A DNA stretch of 64,000 nt from Takakia lepidozioides (taxonomy: Eukaryota; Plantae; Bryophyta): NCBI GenBank assembly GCA_030704615.1, contig CM060732.1, forward strand, positions 54,994,001 through 55,058,000, written 5' to 3'. Positions within the stretch are counted from its first letter, which is position 1; each line of letters starts with the position of its first letter. The position numbers and the translations under genes were made by a program. The notes below the pieces were generated by a model. The model was not told the origin of the DNA, made no database searches, and saw only the letters and a program-made list of their open reading frames with translations. Below, piece by piece: positions 60,541 through 64,000 of this stretch.

Positions 60541-61729
60541 CAACACTTGAGCTCATATAGAGAGAGAATTTTGAAAGTTGAGGGACTAGGATACGCACTC
60601 TCGTCAACATGCAGAATCCAGTGTTTAGCTCTTGGATTAGAGACCTACGCTCTATTGCACCCTACGAGATATGTTTAATTTTTCTCTAGTTCTCGAACAC
60701 CATCTTGTCCGACTCGAATGGTATTTCGTAGACGAAACTACACAGAGATAGGGACGTCACTTTGAGATGACTTCTCAAAAAGCCAGCTTTAGCTTACCTA
60801 CTGCTTATTGTGCAAATTGGTCTGTTCGAAATGGGCTAAAACTCTCACATCTGCTGGTGATATAAGGAACCTATGCAAGCTGAGCACATGAGCATGCAAT
60901 TGTATCGCCAATATTGCACTCTGAGATTGAAACCGGACACGAGGCATATTGGTTTTTGCTATTTAAAAATATCACGAAGACTCCAAAGAGTGGCTATATA
61001 AATGAACTGGAGGAAACATTTATAAAAGTCTCTCCTTTTAATAGAATTCAGTCATGTCGTGCTCCATGAAGAGTTGTCTTGAAAAGCAGCTTGATGTCGA
61101 TGTCATGGCTAAGCGATTCAAATCCACTTTGGGGAGATATTATCATTGAGATTGTCTGCGAGCCAGTCTACGAGTCATTGCTGAAGAGTTTCAAATGTTT
61201 CTTTTACTCTCTTAGAAAAATAGTAAGTTTCGCTTGCGAAACCTAACATCCTCTAATGTTGTGATTATTGTAATCTCGAAGACTTAGTCTTATGCAAATT
61301 TAGGTGAAGAGTCTTGCAGACATATTACTGGTATTTCTGAGCTGGATCGATAATGTTTAAATTTGTTTATGAAACATAAATCTTCAATGTGTTACAACTC
61401 ATGTGGTGTTCCTATGGTGTTCTATGGTATTCTCCGTTGATTGTCTCGGTTAATTTGAGATTTTTTCCTTTGCTGAGTGTTTGTGGATCTGAAGTCTGTC
61501 TTGGAAAGACTACTCATCTGCATTCTATTTCCCATTCTTTGGGATTAGAATGTTAAGTTTATGTTTATGATTGACTGCATCGACAGTGATTGTTCCCGAG
61601 AAGAGTAGAATGACTTTTGTCCTGGTGACCCTCCATACATCGTCTATTCTTGCAAATGGTAGACATAGCTACTTAACAGTGTTTATTATCGGACCATTCT
61701 TCTTTTGCCTGAGCATTCTCAAGAAGATG

Positions 61730-62850
61730 GTCACTCTACCTGCATGTAAATCAAAACGTACATAAGTTTTGAGTCTTGATTGCTAAACATGTAAAAACAT
61801 AGGTGTCTCACGTGGTCTAAATCAAATATTCAAATTTGCAAAGGTCTTTACACTCAAGGAGGCGTTCGTACCAATGGAAATATTCATACTCCTTGAAATA
61901 CCGAGCAGGCACATGTGAAGGTCGAAAACAACCATTCTTGTTGATTTGGCGGACTTGGTGAAGGTTCCACACCCCTATGTATTCGTCAATGACGGACCGT
62001 AGGATGGGAATGTAGACCGCCGTGAACGAGGCACTCTACCAGCCATCATCCACATCCAATAAACCTACAGTCTCCATGGTCTGGAAAATCATTGAACTTG
62101 TAGAAGAAGATGACACGCTCCCACAGATGTCGCCACCAATGTTCGATTCTCTGCTATGTGAACACATATACAAGGTCATTTTCATAACATAAAAAATAAA
62201 GGCATCTCCCCCAATTAACAGTTCAAGAAGCATATTTCAATACCTGGTTCTTAGTGGAGGATCGAGTCAAAAAAGGATTGTGAATATCTGTCCGCACAGA
62301 TTCTTGGTACTCTTTCATGAGGTTGTGTTCTGAAGCAAATGTGAACGGATCCGCAATGGTGCCCATACTTGGTTACAACATCCATGTACCCAACAAAAAT
62401 CGTCTCTGCCCTTTTGTTGTTGGCTACCTTTGCCCACAACAAAATTTGAGGCCCCATCTATCCCTGCATGGACTCGGATATTTCCAAACATTGTGAGCTT
62501 GTCATAAGCTGCACAAACAGACAGAAAATAAATCAATCTCTGCATCAATTGGAGAGTCAATCCAACAATGCCTCAATAGAGATAACACGGAGCTCTAGTA
62601 CTAGTGGGATACACAAAGAAGGGATTGCAGTGACTTACAGTCAATGTGCCATAGTGCCATTGGCTTGGTCACGTTGTATTGACCTCTGACAAGGCCGCAT
62701 GCGCTACGCCTCCGCTCATAGTGGTACCTGGAGATGATCCTCAAAGCGCGTGCGATCTTGATGCGAGAGACTCGGAAGATCTGTAATGGAGGAAGGGTGT
62801 CAAGCATGTTCGAGAAGCGAGGATGTGTGGGTGGAAGCCTACAGGTTGAA
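61730..62850 (-). mobile_element. Integrase-like DDE transposase remnant (IS3EU-type motif set), apparently intron-containing
   Basis: YNVTKPMALWHID, DKLTMFGNIRVHAGIDGASNFV, SSTKNQ and YIPILRSVIDEYIGVWNLHQVR occur in the expected order on the minus strand. Confidence 0.55.
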
Positions 62851-63659
62851 AACAAACAAAACACCCATACGTTTAAATTACATCAATTATTGGATAAAAC
62901 CAAGTTTCTGTCCTCTGGTTTGTTTTTTACTTAACGAAAGGGTATAACAAGGAATATCCTTGTGAGTTTTAGTACAGGGCCAAACAAACAGAAAAATAAA
63001 ATAAAATAAAAAGGATAATAGTATGAAGCACCAAAGCGACCGGGAATTATTATCCGTACATTCACCAAAAAAAATGACAACCAACAAAGTTCATTCAATT
63101 GGTTGCTTAGTTATAATAGGAAGCCTTTGTAAAAGAAACAATTGTTTGGCAAATTGTTCGGTATTCGTATGATTTTAGTTGGATCGAATTTTGTACAGAC
63201 GATTATCATACATGTATATATGTTCACAAAAAATGTTACAAGGAACGAAAATCATCCAGGCATGGAACGATCCGTTCAATACCTGTATGCAAAACTTTGC
63301 AAGGGCGAACAGTCTCTATATACGTATATTCACCAAAAGAAAATGACAACCAACAAAATTCATTCAAGTGTGGTTGCTTAGTATTGTTTGGCCTTTTGCC
63401 GTTATAGGATGCATACCCACCCTTTTATTTTTAGATGCAGTAGCCTTCAACACTATCATAAAATTACATGAACAATGGATTGATAATATAAGTCTTCTTG
63501 ATCAAGCCTTCCAATACAAAGTCGCAGGTGGAATAGATGATTGTCGCTGGATCTCTATCTTCTGAGGACCGTACATCGAAAACACATGTTGGTGCTCTTC
63601 CCCACCATCCTCCCTCAACAAGTGAGCTTTTGGGAATCTCGACTTTTGTGGTGCTTCCA

Positions 63660-63875
63660 CTAATATGCGACTTAATTTGAATTTATCCATGAAATCGAAC
63701 AGTTGTTGTTTGGCTTTTGCATGGTTATTGTCTTCTAAAATGTCAACATTAAAATCGCCCAAAATGATAATTGGACAATGTTTGGGTGAATTTTTAATTA
63801 GAGCTTCAAGTTTGTTTAGGAACGTATAACTGTACATGAATGAGCTCTATAAACACATACAATATATAACACATA
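63660..63875 (-). mobile_element. APE-type endonuclease fragment (endonuclease-bearing Helitron or LINE origin)
   Basis: IVCVYRAHS...FLNKLEALI...PIIILGDFNVDIL. Confidence 0.6.
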
Positions 63876-64000
63876 TTGAACACATGTATGCAACATGGGA
63901 TACAATACATATATTGTATATTGTATGACACAACCACATTAGAAACCATGCTAGCTACTCGGATTGAGGGTGGTGGCCGGGGCTGAGGCGCGGTGTGGGG

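Noticed and set aside
63058-63384. Direct repeat of about 55 bp (TTCACCAAAA...GGTTGCTTAGT) twice
   Set aside because: Too short for LTRs, with no TG...CA, PBS or TSD; likely an internal TE duplication.

Overview
Eukaryotic nuclear DNA from a non-seed land plant (probably a bryophyte, inferred from gene and transposon content). Host genes: the 3' half of a GFS12/WDR81-type BEACH-WD40 gene (+), a 9-exon TBCCD1 gene (+), a PLS-class PPR-DYW RNA-editing gene (-) whose spliced N-terminus carries an OSB-type 'PDF' ssDNA-binding motif, a small conserved plant gene head-to-head with it (+), and an intronless divergent SKIP35-like ankyrin gene (+). Much of the rest is transposon-derived. A LINE is split by a Tf1/Tcn1-type chromovirus with a self-priming PBS and a -1 frameshift signal, and a Galadriel-like chromovirus sits inside that element's 5' LTR. 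Also present are a Replitron HUH remnant, a Copia remnant, TIR/TSD-bounded MITEs, an IS3EU-like DDE remnant and an APE-endonuclease remnant. The most unusual object is a TSD-flanked Ty3/gypsy element (38243-45317, -) with unequal LTRs and an internal inverted copy of both its own termini joined as CA-TA-TG, resembling a DIRS internal complementary region in a DDE-integrase element. It also carries a dUTPase-like domain and an extra ORF upstream of gag. All family assignments are from motif recognition by eye; no searches were run.
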